Of a stretch of DNA of 64,000 nt, positions 12,190 through 25,300 are shown one piece after another; within the stretch, counting starts at the first letter, position 1, and each line of letters begins with the position of its first letter. A model generated the notes under the pieces. It did not search any database, was not told the origin of the DNA, and saw only the letters and a program-made list of their open reading frames with translations. The position numbers and the translations under genes are program-made. The stretch spans positions 65,249,326 through 65,313,325 of the forward strand of contig NC_090395.1 in the NCBI RefSeq assembly GCF_036365525.1. The letters are read 5' to 3'. The DNA is from Heterodontus francisci (taxonomy: Eukaryota).

Positions 12190-13020
12190 CTGGGCTGGAA
12201 TTTATGCTTCTGCCGCCATAATCTGCAGCGGATGAAAACAATGGCGGTCCGCCTGTGTGGGTCGCATGTTGCGGAGCTGCCGCGATATTAATTGTGGCGG
12301 CTCATTTAAATAGCTGGCAAAGACTGCCCCCAGGCCCCCGATAACACGGAGGGAGCTGGCTGTCCGTCTCCGGCAACGGCTGCCTGTGCACAGACGCTGA
12401 TGCCATTTTTAAAGGGCTTTGAGCCCTAACTTTCAATTTAAATATTTAAATAAATAAGTTGATCTTGTCCCCTTCGACCCCCCCCAATAACCCTAGATTT
12501 AAATACCTGCCCTCTCTCCACCCCACCCCCCCGCAAAACACTTACCATGTGCACCTGACCTTCCCTCCCAAAGTGCATCAACTTTACACTTTACCCCTTC
12601 CCACCATCCCCTACACCAATGAGATGACTTTGACCCCGCGCGCCCCCCCCCACCACCCCGCACAGAGAAACATACCTGCTCCCCCCTTCCACTAGCGTTC
12701 TGCCTCGGATTCCCAGATGGGGATCCAAAGGCGCAGGAGTGCTGGCCATCGGCACCAATATCGCACCGGGACAGATGGCGGGGGCAAGAAAAGGTATTTA
12801 ATTCATTTATTTAAATTAATTTAAATATTTGAATTGGGCTCCGGTCACTGAACAGCGCGGGCATAGGGGGTGCGGGGTGGTGCCGCCATGAGGCTTCGTC
12901 GCTGCTGACAATATTGGGCCAAGCCTTCTAGTCGCGAGGTCCGTGGTGGGCCTTTCCCGGAGACATTTTCCGGCCCTCCCCTGCCACGATCCATGACGTC
13001 GATGGGTGTGTAAAATTGGC
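12190..13020. mobile_element. Non-autonomous DNA transposon (MITE-like)
   Basis: GC-rich block with gggctggaattta...gtaaaattggc ends; similar blocks at ~21560-22240 and ~32250-33260. Confidence 0.45.
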
Positions 13021-13279
13021 TCTACTGACTGCATGGCATACACTTTCCCAGCAGATGAGAGGCAGAGTTTTTCAATGTGATTCTCCTGCACTCTTGCTAT
13101 GCATATCTTGTCAGATTGTTTCAGAGTGCTATTGGCAGGGTCTTAGCAGAAGTTGTCTCAGCCCAAGGAATAATGTATAGTGTATAAAGACATGTTCGAA
13201 TGAATTTATTGAACAGTTTTTGAAATACCACGATCTTCCTTCATCCTTGGTCAGCGTGAAAGTGCAGTAAAGTCTTTTT

Positions 13280-13566
13280 ATGAGATGTTAAACCTAGGCT
13301 TAGTCGCCCTCTCATGAACGTTCAAACCCCATAATACTATTGAAAGAACAGCAGGAGGGTTTGCCAGGTGGCTTGGCCATCATCTAACCCTTAATCAACA
13401 GTACCAAATCAAAGTATCCGTTCCTCTATCTCATTACTGTTTGCTGTGTGCAAATTGGGAGCCACTCTTTCCTACGTAACAACAGTGACTACACTTCAGA
13501 AATACTTCATTGGCTGTAAGGTGCTTTGGGACAGACTGAGGAGATGAAGGGTACTATTTAAATGCA
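13280..13566 (+). mobile_element. Deu-domain SINE fragment (related pieces at ~13740-13845 and ~20900-21160)
   Basis: tgctgtgtgcaaattgg...aacagtgactacacttca...cattggctgtaa...aaatgcaa matches my recollection of the Deu-SINE body and tail. Confidence 0.6.
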
Positions 13567-14470
13567 AATAAATTTGTTTTTTTCTTTCTTTCTACAACAC
13601 AAAAAGGAATGGCAACAAATAAAATCCCAAGTCGGGTCCCGTGTACGTGTGCTGTAATGCTTAAACACAAGTCTCGAAGGATAAAGGGATAAGTAATCAA
13701 TCATCACATTTCCCTATCATTTCATTTCAGTACTGACTCTTTTACATTGCAACAGTAACTACACTTCAAAAGTACTTCGTTTGGTATAAAGCACCTTGGG
13801 ACGTCCTGAAGTGATGAAAGGTGCTATGGAAATGCAAGTCTTTCTTAGTCTGTACATAGAGCATACTCTATGGAAATGTCAAATATATAAATTCACTGAG
13901 AAATGGGTGAATTGTTCATCTAACATTACAGAAGAGCCAATTTTAAAGTGAATTTGTGGTGCTAAGGGAATAGCTCCCATTATGATATGCATGAAATTAG
14001 ATGACTATTTGTGTATCAGTGCTGTATATCTTGTATATTTGGTTTCAGTCACTGTTTTTTTATTTATTTCAGTTCAGAAGCTCTACATATGCCATTATAC
14101 ATGCAGATATATATATATATATATATAACAAAACAGGCATAGTCAAATCATTACCAACAATTGACAAAGTTACAGTCTATAGTAGAATAAAACAGTATGC
14201 TTGCACACATTTCCTGTTCTTCACACCTTTTTGTTTGCTTCATGTATCACATTTAACAAAAGCACAAGGAAATGAAAGCAGTCATTAGAGTCAGAATATC
14301 TACAGCCTTTTAACTGACATGACCAAACAGACTTCAAACAAAATCAAAAGTCAAGGTGAATATTTGTAAGGGAGGTAACTGAAACTATTAATATAAAAGA
14401 GTCATTTTATATTCCTTCTGGGCCAGAGGGGAGCTTCCCTCATTTGAAGAACTGGGATTAGGATGAGGCT

Positions 14471-15453
14471 TGTTATGAACACTGGACTCTGTAGTATGTT
14501 TATGTTTTAAAAACGGTGATCTTTAATGCAGTGTAAAATGCAGAGGAGACATGTGACCTCATACCAATTCTGCTCAGAGTCAAGCCAGGGGTCTTGGTTA
14601 CCATGAAAACAAGGAACCCAGATCAAATATCCTTTTGCAAGCAAGGTGCAAAGTTGTAACACCTAAAGGACAATGGGTTTCACTCTTACAGACTCAGCTG
14701 GTAAACAGGGAGCCAGGGACTCTAAAATGCAAATTCAAGTGCAATTTTTAACACCTGGAAACAAAGGAAGGCCCAACTGGTTTTGCTATGGTCAGACTTA
14801 TGGTCTCTGAGAATTGTAAAAGGCAAACAACTCTTGACTTTCGATCTGGATATATTCAAGAAGCTTTCCTAAGTCTCAAGACTGTAAAGGAAGAAACAAA
14901 GACCAATAGTTGCTGAATAGCCTGAAGGGAGGGAGGAAGGGAGCAGTGGCTGTTTCTGAGAAAACAGTTTCCCTTAGATCATCAATACAGAAAAATGGCT
15001 GCTAAGATTTGAATGCGGTTCAAAGGCTCAAGTTTTGCGGAGGAGAAAAGACCAACGGGGTCACGAGATTGCTTTATTAATGACAGTCCAGTCGAACGTG
15101 CTCGGAAGAAGTAAGTGAAGAGCACTTTGCCTGTAAGAAGGACTGGGAGATCCAGCACATTGCAACTGGGAGGAATTTGAGACTTTTAACTGCAAGGATA
15201 CCATTTCAATGAGAACACCGTGTACCGTATAAATGTGGTGTTGGGGTGTTGAGCGTGTTAATAAACTAAAGGGAATAACTTTTGTTGTAATTTAGTGTAT
15301 TAGCTCCCTACTAAGTACTGTTTAGTTAATGTTGATTTTTAGTTTAGTTATTACAGTAAAGTTTTTAAAATGTGAAATCTTATGTAATCTTTTACTCAAT
15401 CTGGGGAGTGCATATGTCTTGTTTTAAAGTTAATGGCCTCAACGGTCATAACA
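14471..15453 (+). mobile_element. Solo LTR (983 bp)
   Basis: Perfect 8-bp inverted termini tgttatga/tcataaca and perfect 4-bp TSD ggct (14467-14470 and 15454-15457). Confidence 0.85.
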
Positions 15454-16227
15454 GGCTGCAGAATTAACCCATTTGTGAAATGGAAGAATGCAGGTTTGTT
15501 AGACAAGCTGTATCCCTCATGTATTTTTAAATTGCTGTTTTGCAAATTTAAAGTTATTTCTCGACAAGCCATGATGGCTCAGTGTAAGAATGAACCACTC
15601 ACTGTGGAGACATCCATGCCACGAATAGCCCCATAAAATCCCTGATCTGTTTTCAAATTTAAAGGCCACCTGAGCAGAACGTGGATTCAGTTCAACGTCT
15701 CAACTGATAGATAGAATTTTTGACAATGCAGCAATCCCTCTGTATTGAGTTGCAATGTCTGACTAGATTAGGTGTTCAAATCCTGGGGAATGGCCCTGAA
15801 AAATATCAAAAGCTTGCAGTCGTATAGCACCCTAATGTGGCAAGATACCCCAAGGTATTCACAACCTACAGGCTCAGAGCTGAAAGTGCTAACAGCACAG
15901 CCACAATAATAGAGATATCAACGTCAGATTATTTAGTGAGAGGACATGCACATGTTTCTGCCTTATTGCATGCTTGATGCCCACAAGATATGTTTCTTTC
16001 AAATGATAATGACACATATTTCAAAAGCTAGAAAAACAATGACTCTTCAAAGAGTCAAACCTATGTTCATGGCCAAGGCTGTAATTGCTCAATAAAAAGC
16101 TTATCTAAGTTCACATGGACAGTCTTCTTGAGACTATAACGAAAGGTTGTTCTTTTGAAGCCATGTTCAAGGCACATTGCTAAAGTTGTCTGGAAAAACA
16201 CTCACATGATACTTTTTTTGGGTTGTT

Positions 16228-16398
16228 TCATTCGGATCTGAAAAGAACTGTAGAATATTCTACAGTTTCCGAGGCACCTTGGCTATTAGCTGTTTTTTGG
16301 GCTTTAAGATCCTGAACATTAATGTAAGTGCTTTCCAAATCAACTCTGGGTACCTTCTTCACAGTGGCGTATGTCACTCCTTCATCTTCCTTCGAAAA
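16228..16398 (-). CDS. Gene A terminal cytoplasmic exon with tyrosine motifs
   Basis: tttgtctcag acceptor. Reads FSKEDEGVTYATVKKVPRVDLESTYINVQDLKAQKTANSQGASETVEYSTVLFRSE*, containing VTYATV, STYINV and VEYSTV. Confidence 0.88.
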   Translation of the reverse strand, partial: FSKEDEGVTYATVKKVPRVDLESTYINVQDLKAQKTANSQGASETVEYSTVLFRSE

Positions 16399-19300
16399 CT
16401 GAGACAAATGGAAAACCGTCAGCACAATACGTCACAACGTTAACCAAACTCAGGTTTTATCATAACCAATAAATATAAAAGCCGTAAATGTTATGTGTTA
16501 TTGTCTACTGTGCCAATCTTTTATATTTACAGAAGCTCAAGTTTCTCTTATTCATTTCTGTGGGCGATTATTCTGTATTTTTTTTTTTAAGGTTGAGAAA
16601 TGTGAATGAAGGACCACGATCCAGAATGGAGAACATCATCAAGGTGGAAAGGAATGGAAGAGAAGCTGAGGTAAGTCAGAAAGTAAAGGAAGAAAGAACT
16701 TGCATAATGTAGTGTCTTTCACGATCTTAGGATGTCCCAAATTGTTTTACAGTTAGCTAAGAACCTCAGACCCCCGACCTTTGTGCCCCCTGACTCTTGC
16801 ACCCACATCTCTCTTGTTTCCCTAGACTCTGGCCCCTCTACCCAAACAATGATGGTTTCCAGCTCTCACACCTTCGACTCACGCCACCTAATTCTCATGT
16901 CATCCATCTCTCCTGTCCCTAGAACTCTGGCTTGCCCACGGCCCCCAGTTATTTTCAGCACACCAGCCAGTCCTGGGTCTCTGCTGGCATTGGACGGCAG
17001 GGGGCCCCAAAATTTAGGGATTGCTTGGGCACTGCCATATGCTGCATTCTGGGAGACTTTGGGTAATCCAGATGCCTTGACTATTCCATGGGAACTGCCC
17101 CAAGCGCTGAGCCTGCTGCCCTTTGTGTGTTCTCTTAGTTTGCTTCAGGTCAGTCTGTGCCAGCCAGTTTTGATGTATGAAGCACGAGTATAGATTCGTT
17201 CTGACTGAGGTTTCCAATTCAGAGTTGTCACCTTGACACGGAACCGGAAACCGAACCACAGTTTAAGAGGATAGGGAGGGAGATCAGGCCTGTTAAAAGT
17301 GGCATCGACTGGGGAGCCTGACTGCACCTGCTGCAGTGCAGGAGAATTCTAGCTGTGGTTTCAGGGTGAATATCAGTAAGTTGCTGGGTCATTTGAGACC
17401 TCGGGGGTGGTCATCCCTGCCCTTTTACGAGTCGCCCCAGGCCCAGATAAGTGTCCCATGCCCATGAATACGAGCCATGGCAAATGGCAGAACCAGCGAA
17501 ATTTCGGCAGTGATGGTGGAATAGCTTGAGGGACAAAAACTGCATACAGGTGGAGGATTCTTTGGGAAGAGGACTTGTGTTTCCTTTAAAGCACACATGA
17601 GGAAGGCAGTGGAAAACCACCTCATGTACTTTTTTCCTAGACATATTGCTAATTTCTCATGGAAGTTAAGAACTGGGAGGCAACTGAAAAGGAAAGCGCA
17701 GGACCGTAAGGCATTGGAAAATGAGCAGACGACCTATTATCACGACTATCAGTGAGTTATAGGATTATAATTAGTCTTGAGTAGGACATTGTGGTGCTAC
17801 ACCTATTAATGCTAGTAGACTATCAATGAGTTATTCTATTACTTTCACTTATGAGGGAATCTGAATGTTACCACTATCTCTATTAGTTATCAGTGCAATT
17901 CCAGTGTGTCGCTTCTAGTTAATGGTGGAATAAAAGTTCCTCTCATCTGGTTTTCCCTTCTGCGAATCGCTGCCCTGCCTTTGATTTCTCCTCTTCCCTG
18001 CCCTATGTTTCCCCTCTCCACCTGCTCATGAATGTCTTCCTGATGCTTAGAAATTTTTGCACAAAAGCTACTGGTTCAAACTCATGAGCAACTACAGGTG
18101 ACCCAACCTTTCTTAGGTAAATGCAAGGACTTTTGCAGATGTCACGCGATTGAACATCATGTGGTCAGAGGCCACATGATCAAGTACCATGTGGTCAGAA
18201 TGTCATGTAATTAAACTTCCAGGATGCATCCAGCCAGAGTTGGCAGCCCTCTTCGCAGCCCTACCATTACCTCTGCATTTGTTGTGAGTTTGACATGGCA
18301 ACATCTTACCTTGCATGTTGCTGCAGGATTTTCCACAGCAGTAATGCTCTGTTCATTTGTGCCTGTAAAGTAAAATTATAATCAAAACATCATTTTATAA
18401 TAAATTTATTGAGATCAAGCATGCAAAAATTCCTGCTGGGTTTTATTTATTTAACCAATATTTGATACGTGTTTTATGGAAAACGTCATGAAGCCAACCT
18501 ATTGTTTGCTTTATAGAGATTTTATTTGTCTGAAAGGTAGAAGTAATAACTTGTATTTATATAATTCCATGTCACATTCTCAGGAGGTCCCAATGGATTA
18601 CAGAATCCAATCGTTGCGAAAGAACTTGATTCATAAATTAGACTGTTCAGGACATTACTAAACCTCTTACAAAACCCTCAAACTATGCATCTTGTATTGG
18701 ATTACATGGGAACAGCAATGTAGAGGAGGATTGGGTAGGGACTTGCTGCACGCCCATGAGTTTGCTTACCCAATCCTTCTTGAACTGCGCGCAGGCAATC
18801 CAATCTAACCAGGCACAGTCATAGGGAACTCCCCTCCGCCCCCCACAGTGTTATCAGCTCCTTACAATGGCCTGGATCTTTCACTTGTAATGATGCTAAA
18901 ACTGTCAGCATCCGCTGTCATTGCTCCATGAAAATGACAGCAACTTCTGCTATACGCACATGCGCAGTTAAACACGTAAATCCAGAAGTTGCTGTCAGTG
19001 ATTCACCATTCCTACACAGGGTGCGCTGTTGAGTCCTTGCAGATGGAAATCAATTAGAAATCACTGATTTGACATTAAATTCCACTTATTATGCTGTTAG
19101 TCTCGCTGTAAAATGCTTGTAAAAGTTAAAGCCTTATTGAATGAGGTGTAACTGAGATTTTTACGGTAGAATAAATTATAATTACTGCTGATCAACTTCT
19201 CTGGCTCTGAAACAACAATTTTGTATTTGTGGAAAGTCAAATTTCTCCATTATTGCTAAAAATTCCACAGATTTCAGCTTCTACCTTATTCCCATTTGCA

Positions 19301-22300
19301 TGTCTGAATCTTTATTTCATTTCTGTAAAATTATTATAAGTGAATGAAAGAAACCTGCTTCATATTTCCTGGTTTGCTGTCTGTGAGAAATCTTCAAATT
19401 GATTGGCTGCTTAGTCTGTTTGATGACATCACTGTTACCAGATGCTGGAGACAGTTGGTGCCAGAATGAAATTAATGTCAGGAAGATGAAATCTGTGCAA
19501 CAGAGATTGCCAGATCTTTGTGGGCAGTTTTCTTCGAGGTCAGGAGCGAGTGCTGTCACTTCACCACTGATTGTAAAATCCAGGCCTATGTTTGAGTTAA
19601 AATGATGTAAAACAAACATAGTTTTCTCACTGGCGACAGCCAGGAGCGTAATGTTATTGGAATTAGCCTGATTGTGTTCCCGTGTGAATACCCCATTCTT
19701 TTTTTCTCCTTTTGCACCTTTTTCTTTTGCTAATTTTCTCCCCCCTTTCCCCTTTTCTTCTGTAGATGTTGACTTTTGCTGGCCTTCATTTCAATCACTA
19801 CCAACCATCTCCTGATACCTTGACCAAGTGTCCATCCTTTGAGAGTGGGCCTGCACAATGATAATTGGCAGGCGATCCAATTTTTGAAGACAACACAGTC
19901 AAGCACTATCTGACCCCTCTAGCCATCCTCAAGTATAGATTAGGGTGCAGAAGATATTCATAAGAATGGTTCCAGGGATGAGGAACTTCAGTTACATTGA
20001 TAGGTTGGAAAAACTAGGTGTGTTCTTCTTGGGGAAGAGATGATTAAGAGGAGATTTGATAGAAGTGTTCAAAATCATGAGGGGTCTGAATGGAGTGGAT
20101 AGGGAGAAACTGCTTCCATTGGACACAGGATCCAGAACCAGAGGACACTGATTTAAGGTGACAGGCAAAAGAAGTGACAGCGACATGAGGAAAAACTTCC
20201 TTACGCGTCGAGCTGTTACGATTTGGAATGCACTACCTGAGAGTGCGATAGAGGCAAATTCAATCGAGGCCTTCAAAAGAGAACTGGATAATTATCTGAA
20301 GAGAAAAAAAAATGCAGGGCTACAGGGAAAGGCAGGGGAGTGAGCTTGGCTGAGTTACTCTTGCAGAGAGCTGTCACAGACATGACGGGCCAAATGGCCT
20401 CCTTCTGTGCTGCAACCATTCTATGATTCTGTGATCAATTGCATTACCTTGATTGGGACAGCTAATTCAACACAGACTGGACTTTAGCTTTCTATGCCTT
20501 AAAACAACTTTGATGAAGCTCATTCTGGCTCCTACTAGCAAATTTGCATCTTCGCTTTTTTGCACTGCTCCCAGTTTAATTGTTGACTCACTGTATGGGG
20601 AATTGCAGAAGTAAGTCAGGGTGCAACCAGTTCTGGCCCGATATGCAAGATCTTAGTTTTCACATACGATTTTTTTGTTCCAACAATGTACTGCAAAATC
20701 TTCAAATATTAAACTGTGTTTCAAAGCACATCAGATATATTGAATTTAATTCTTGATGTATGTTCCTGCCCTGCTGCGATTTGCTTTTTCATTAAAAAAA
20801 ATCTCTCTTACGTGAGCTAGCCCTAGTTTAATAGTTCTTTGCACATATGTAAGCATGAGATGATCAGAAAATGCTGGAAAACTTTTTCTTTTTGTAATAG
20901 ACATTAAATCAAGGTGCCGTCTGCTTAAAAAGAGCCAATGACACTACTTCAAAGAACAGGGGAGTTCGGTGTCATAACCAATATTTATCCCTCAAGTCGC
21001 ATCACCAAAACAGATGGTCTGGTCATTTATCTCATTGCTGTTTGTGGGATCTTGCTGTGTGCAAATTGGGTGCGATGTTTCCTATATTACAAATATTTAA
21101 TTGGCTGTTAAGCGATTCAGGGATGTTCTGAGGTCATAAAAGGCATTATATAAATAAATGTAAGTGCTTCTTCATGGATATTTTAAATACGGGCGCTCAT
21201 GATTTTTACATTTTGTCCTGGATTGAACATACCACTTTTCTTCTGCTGCTTTACTTTTAAATAAAGAATTACAGCAACAATGAGCAGTAGGAGGATGATC
21301 ACCACGACAACTGAAAGAATGACTTGCCACGGAAATGCACTTCCCTTTCTGCAAAATACAATTGAGATAACTGGAACATGAGCCAGAGAGAGAGCTGAGA
21401 CAATTACACATTTCCCTCAAGTCCTGTTCATTCTGGTTCAATCTGATAAAGCATAAATGAGAAATACATTTTAACATTGTTATATCTGTAACTCTAAATG
21501 AAATAAGCAACTACTCTTTCTATTGACATTTAAGAAGACTCTATGGCCTTGGAATTCTAGGGCTGGATTTGGTAGAGCCAGCAGGGTTCCCAATGCTGGT
21601 CTAAAAAGGTGAGAAACCTGCCATTCCGAACCCCCCGCCTGGCTCTATTTAATGTTGCTTGGGCAATTAACAGCCTGGCGCCAGGATCCCCGTCCCTTTA
21701 AAGACAGGAATCCCACCTCCTAAGAGCTGCTGGCCAATCAGACGGCCGGCAGCGCCATTGGGAGCGGTGGCCACTGCCGGTACTACAGGAGGCCCGGGAC
21801 CAGGCCCAGCGCTGGAGACCCAGACCCAAGCTAAGTGAGGCGGGATCACCAGGGCCAGTCCGGCAGGCCCAGTGATGGGGGGAGGGAGGGTGGTCATTGA
21901 GTGTAGGGTGTGCGAGGTGGGTTGTTTTCCACCAGGGGCCCCCTCCAAAGCTCGCAGGGAGGCCTTGTTTTAAAGCGCAACCTCCCCGTGTGGTGGAGAC
22001 CCTCCTGACCTCTGGCTTAATTCAAGCAGCGGTGGGAAGAGGTCCTTAAGTGGATGATAATACGGCTCTTAAGGGCCTCATTTGGCCTCTGGATGGGAAG
22101 GCCGTCATCAGCCTATACCGCCCCCGACTTCATTGCGGTGCGATAGGAAGGCGACAGGCCCTCTTCTCCCTCGCCTCCTGTTGCAATTCTAGGGCCCCCT
22201 GCCTCCTAGCCCATCTCCAGGGTCCATTAAATCCAGCCCATGCTGTGCATAAATTAGTGTGTGAACATTTAATATATTCCTACTAAATTCCTTTCTCTGC

Positions 22301-25300
22301 TATATTAACAGAGGTTTTTCAAAAGTGAATGAACTGTTAAGTAGGAATTTAATACAAATGGGTTAAATGCTTGTGAATTTACTGATAGGCTGGATTCAAG
22401 TAATTAGATTTTGAGATGGTCACAGTCGAGTGCACGTCTTGGCTCAGTTGGTAACATCTCTGAGTTAGAAGGTTGTTAATTTAAGACTCACTATGGACGT
22501 ACCACTGTGACGTCTTAGTGGGGTTAAGAGTGGTGCATACTTGTGTGAATGTCGCAGATCTCATAGCAAAAAGAGAGCAGGCTGCTCGTCTCATGTGCTG
22601 TTCAGCATTCATCCCTCCACAGGATGAGAATTAAACCTCCTTGATGTTTCTGAGGAAGCAACATCCCAAACAGATTGTGGTAAGCCTAGAGCTGAGGTTC
22701 AGGTGTTTTCTGTCTGCTGCCAATGTCAAACTAAGTTTTTATTTTTGACTTTTTGAATAAAGGATGGTTTTTCTACCTCAGGATTTGTGTAGAATCCTAT
22801 TAGCCTTGGCTGCACATAATGGGGGGATTTTATCTGGCGACAGAGGTCTCGACCATCGATAAAGTGCTGGTGAGAGGCCCGCATTGCCTCCTTTGGGGAA
22901 GGCCCGCCAGATTACATGCCAATTAGGCATTTAAGTGGATAGCGGTCGGCCTTCCCCTAGGATTGAGGACCCCGGTGACAGAAGTCCCACTCGCTGAGAG
23001 CTGTCGGCTAATCAGGTGAGCATCTTTTATTCCCAAAAATATACTTTATTCATAAAAATTTGTAAAAAATACATTACAAAACAGTTCAAAACAGCACCAA
23101 GTTGACATTCCAGAAAGTGCAAAGGAAATCAGTTTTCTTCAATACAGGAGTGAGTTGCCTCACAACCCTTCCATTCCATTTTACATGCCACGTACATTTT
23201 ACAGCAAACCCATATCTAGTGTATACAACCCGAGGGGTTTCCCATGGGTCCAGCCCCTTGGTTCACATTGGTGGGAAGACCTTACTTAGTGCTCTTTCCC
23301 CATTGAGCCTTTGCAGCAGCTGCTCCAAGCTTTAGTGCATCCCTCAGCATGTAGTCCTGGACCTTGGAATGTGCCAGGCTGCAACACTTGGGTGTGGACA
23401 ACTCTTTGCGCTGGAAGACCGGCAAGTTTCAGACAGACCAAAGAGCGTCTTTCACTGAATTGATGGTTCTCCAGCAACAGTTGATGTTTATCTCGGTGTG
23501 CGTCCCTGGGAACAGCCCGTAGAATACAGACTCCTGTGTTATGGAGCTGCTTGGGATGAACCTCGACAAAAACCACTGAATCTCTTTCCACACCTGCTTT
23601 GCAAAGGCACATTCCAGAAGGAGGTGGACAACAGTCTCTTCCCCACCACAGCCACCTCGAGGGCAGTTTGCGGAGGGGGTGAGACTTCGGGCATGCAGGA
23701 AGGATCTGACGGGGAGGGCCCTTCTCATCGCCAGCCAAGCTATGTCTTGGTGCTTGTTTGCAAGTTCTGGTGATGAGGCATTCCGCCAAATTGTTTTGGC
23801 AGTCTGCTAGGGGAACCATGCGACAGGATCTACCATCTCCTTTTCCCATAGGGTCTTGACATTCCGTGCAGACCACTGCCTGATGGATTGGTGGTCAAAG
23901 GCATTTTTTCGCAGAAACTTTCCCACGAAGGATAGGTGGTACATCACAGTCCAACTGGATGGAGCATTCCGTGGCAATGTGACCAGACCCATCCTTCGCA
24001 ACACCAGGGACAGATAGAACAGATAGCATGTAGTGACACTTGGTGTTTGCGTACTGGGGCTCTAAGCACAGCTTGATGCAGCCACACACGAAGGTGGTCA
24101 TCAGGATGAGGGCGGCGTCGGGTACATTTTCCAGAGGTTTGAACATCATGTCCCTCCGGACCCCGTCCATTTTGCATCTCCAGATAAAGCGGAAGAAGGC
24201 TCGGGTGACCGCCATGGCGCAGGAGTGGGGTGTGGGCCAGATCTGCGCCACATACAGCAACAACGTGAGCGCCTCGCACCTGATGACCAGGTTCCTACCC
24301 ACAATGGAGAGAGATCGCTGCTCCCACATGCTCAGTTTATGGTGTACCCTGGCTACTCGCTCCTTCCAGGTTTTGGTGCACATCCCAGGCGTTCCGCACT
24401 ATATCCTCAGCACCTTAAGGTAGTCTGACCTGACGGTGAAGGGGACAAAGGAACGGTCAGCCCAGTTCCCAAAGAACATGGCCTCACTCTTGCCGTGGTT
24501 AACTTTGGCTCCCAAGGCCAGTTCAAACTGGTTGCAGATGCTCATCAGTCTGTGAACGGACAGCGGATCAGAACAGAAGACGGCGACGTCGTCCATGTAC
24601 AGGGAGGCTTTACCTGAGTGCCTCCGCTGCCTGGATTGTCACCCCTCTTATGCCCGTATCCTTCCTAATGGACTCAGCAAAAGGTTCGATACAGCAAATA
24701 AACAAGACAGGGGAGAGAGGACAGCCCTGTCTGACTCCAGAATTGATCGGGAAACTTTCTGATTCCCAGCCATTGATTGAGAATGCGCTACTGATGTTTG
24801 TATAGAACAGTTTGATCCAATTGCAGATTCCCTCCCCAAACCCCATTTTGGAGAGCAGGTACATCATGTATGTGTGTGATATCCTGTCAAAAGTCCCCTC
24901 CTGGTCCAAGCTGATGAGTCAGGTGTGCACTCTCCTGTCCCGTATATAGATGATCGTATCCCTGAGTAGCGCGAGACTATCAGAGATCTTCCTGCCGGGT
25001 ACAGTACAGGTCTGGTCAGGGTGAATTACCAACTCCAGAGCAGACTTGACCCGACTGGCGATGACTTTGGACAAAATCTTGTAGTCAACATTAAGCAGTG
25101 AGATGGGCCGCCAATTTCTGATTTCCGCCCTCTCCCCCTTTCGCTTGTAGTTGAGGGTGATGATGTCTTTCCTCGTGGATTCTGACATGCTGCCGGCCTG
25201 AAGCATACTCTTGTATACTTCCAGCAGGTCTGGGCCGATCCAGTCCTACAGAGCTGAATACAACTCAACCGGTAAGCTGTCACTTCTGGGAGTTTTACTC

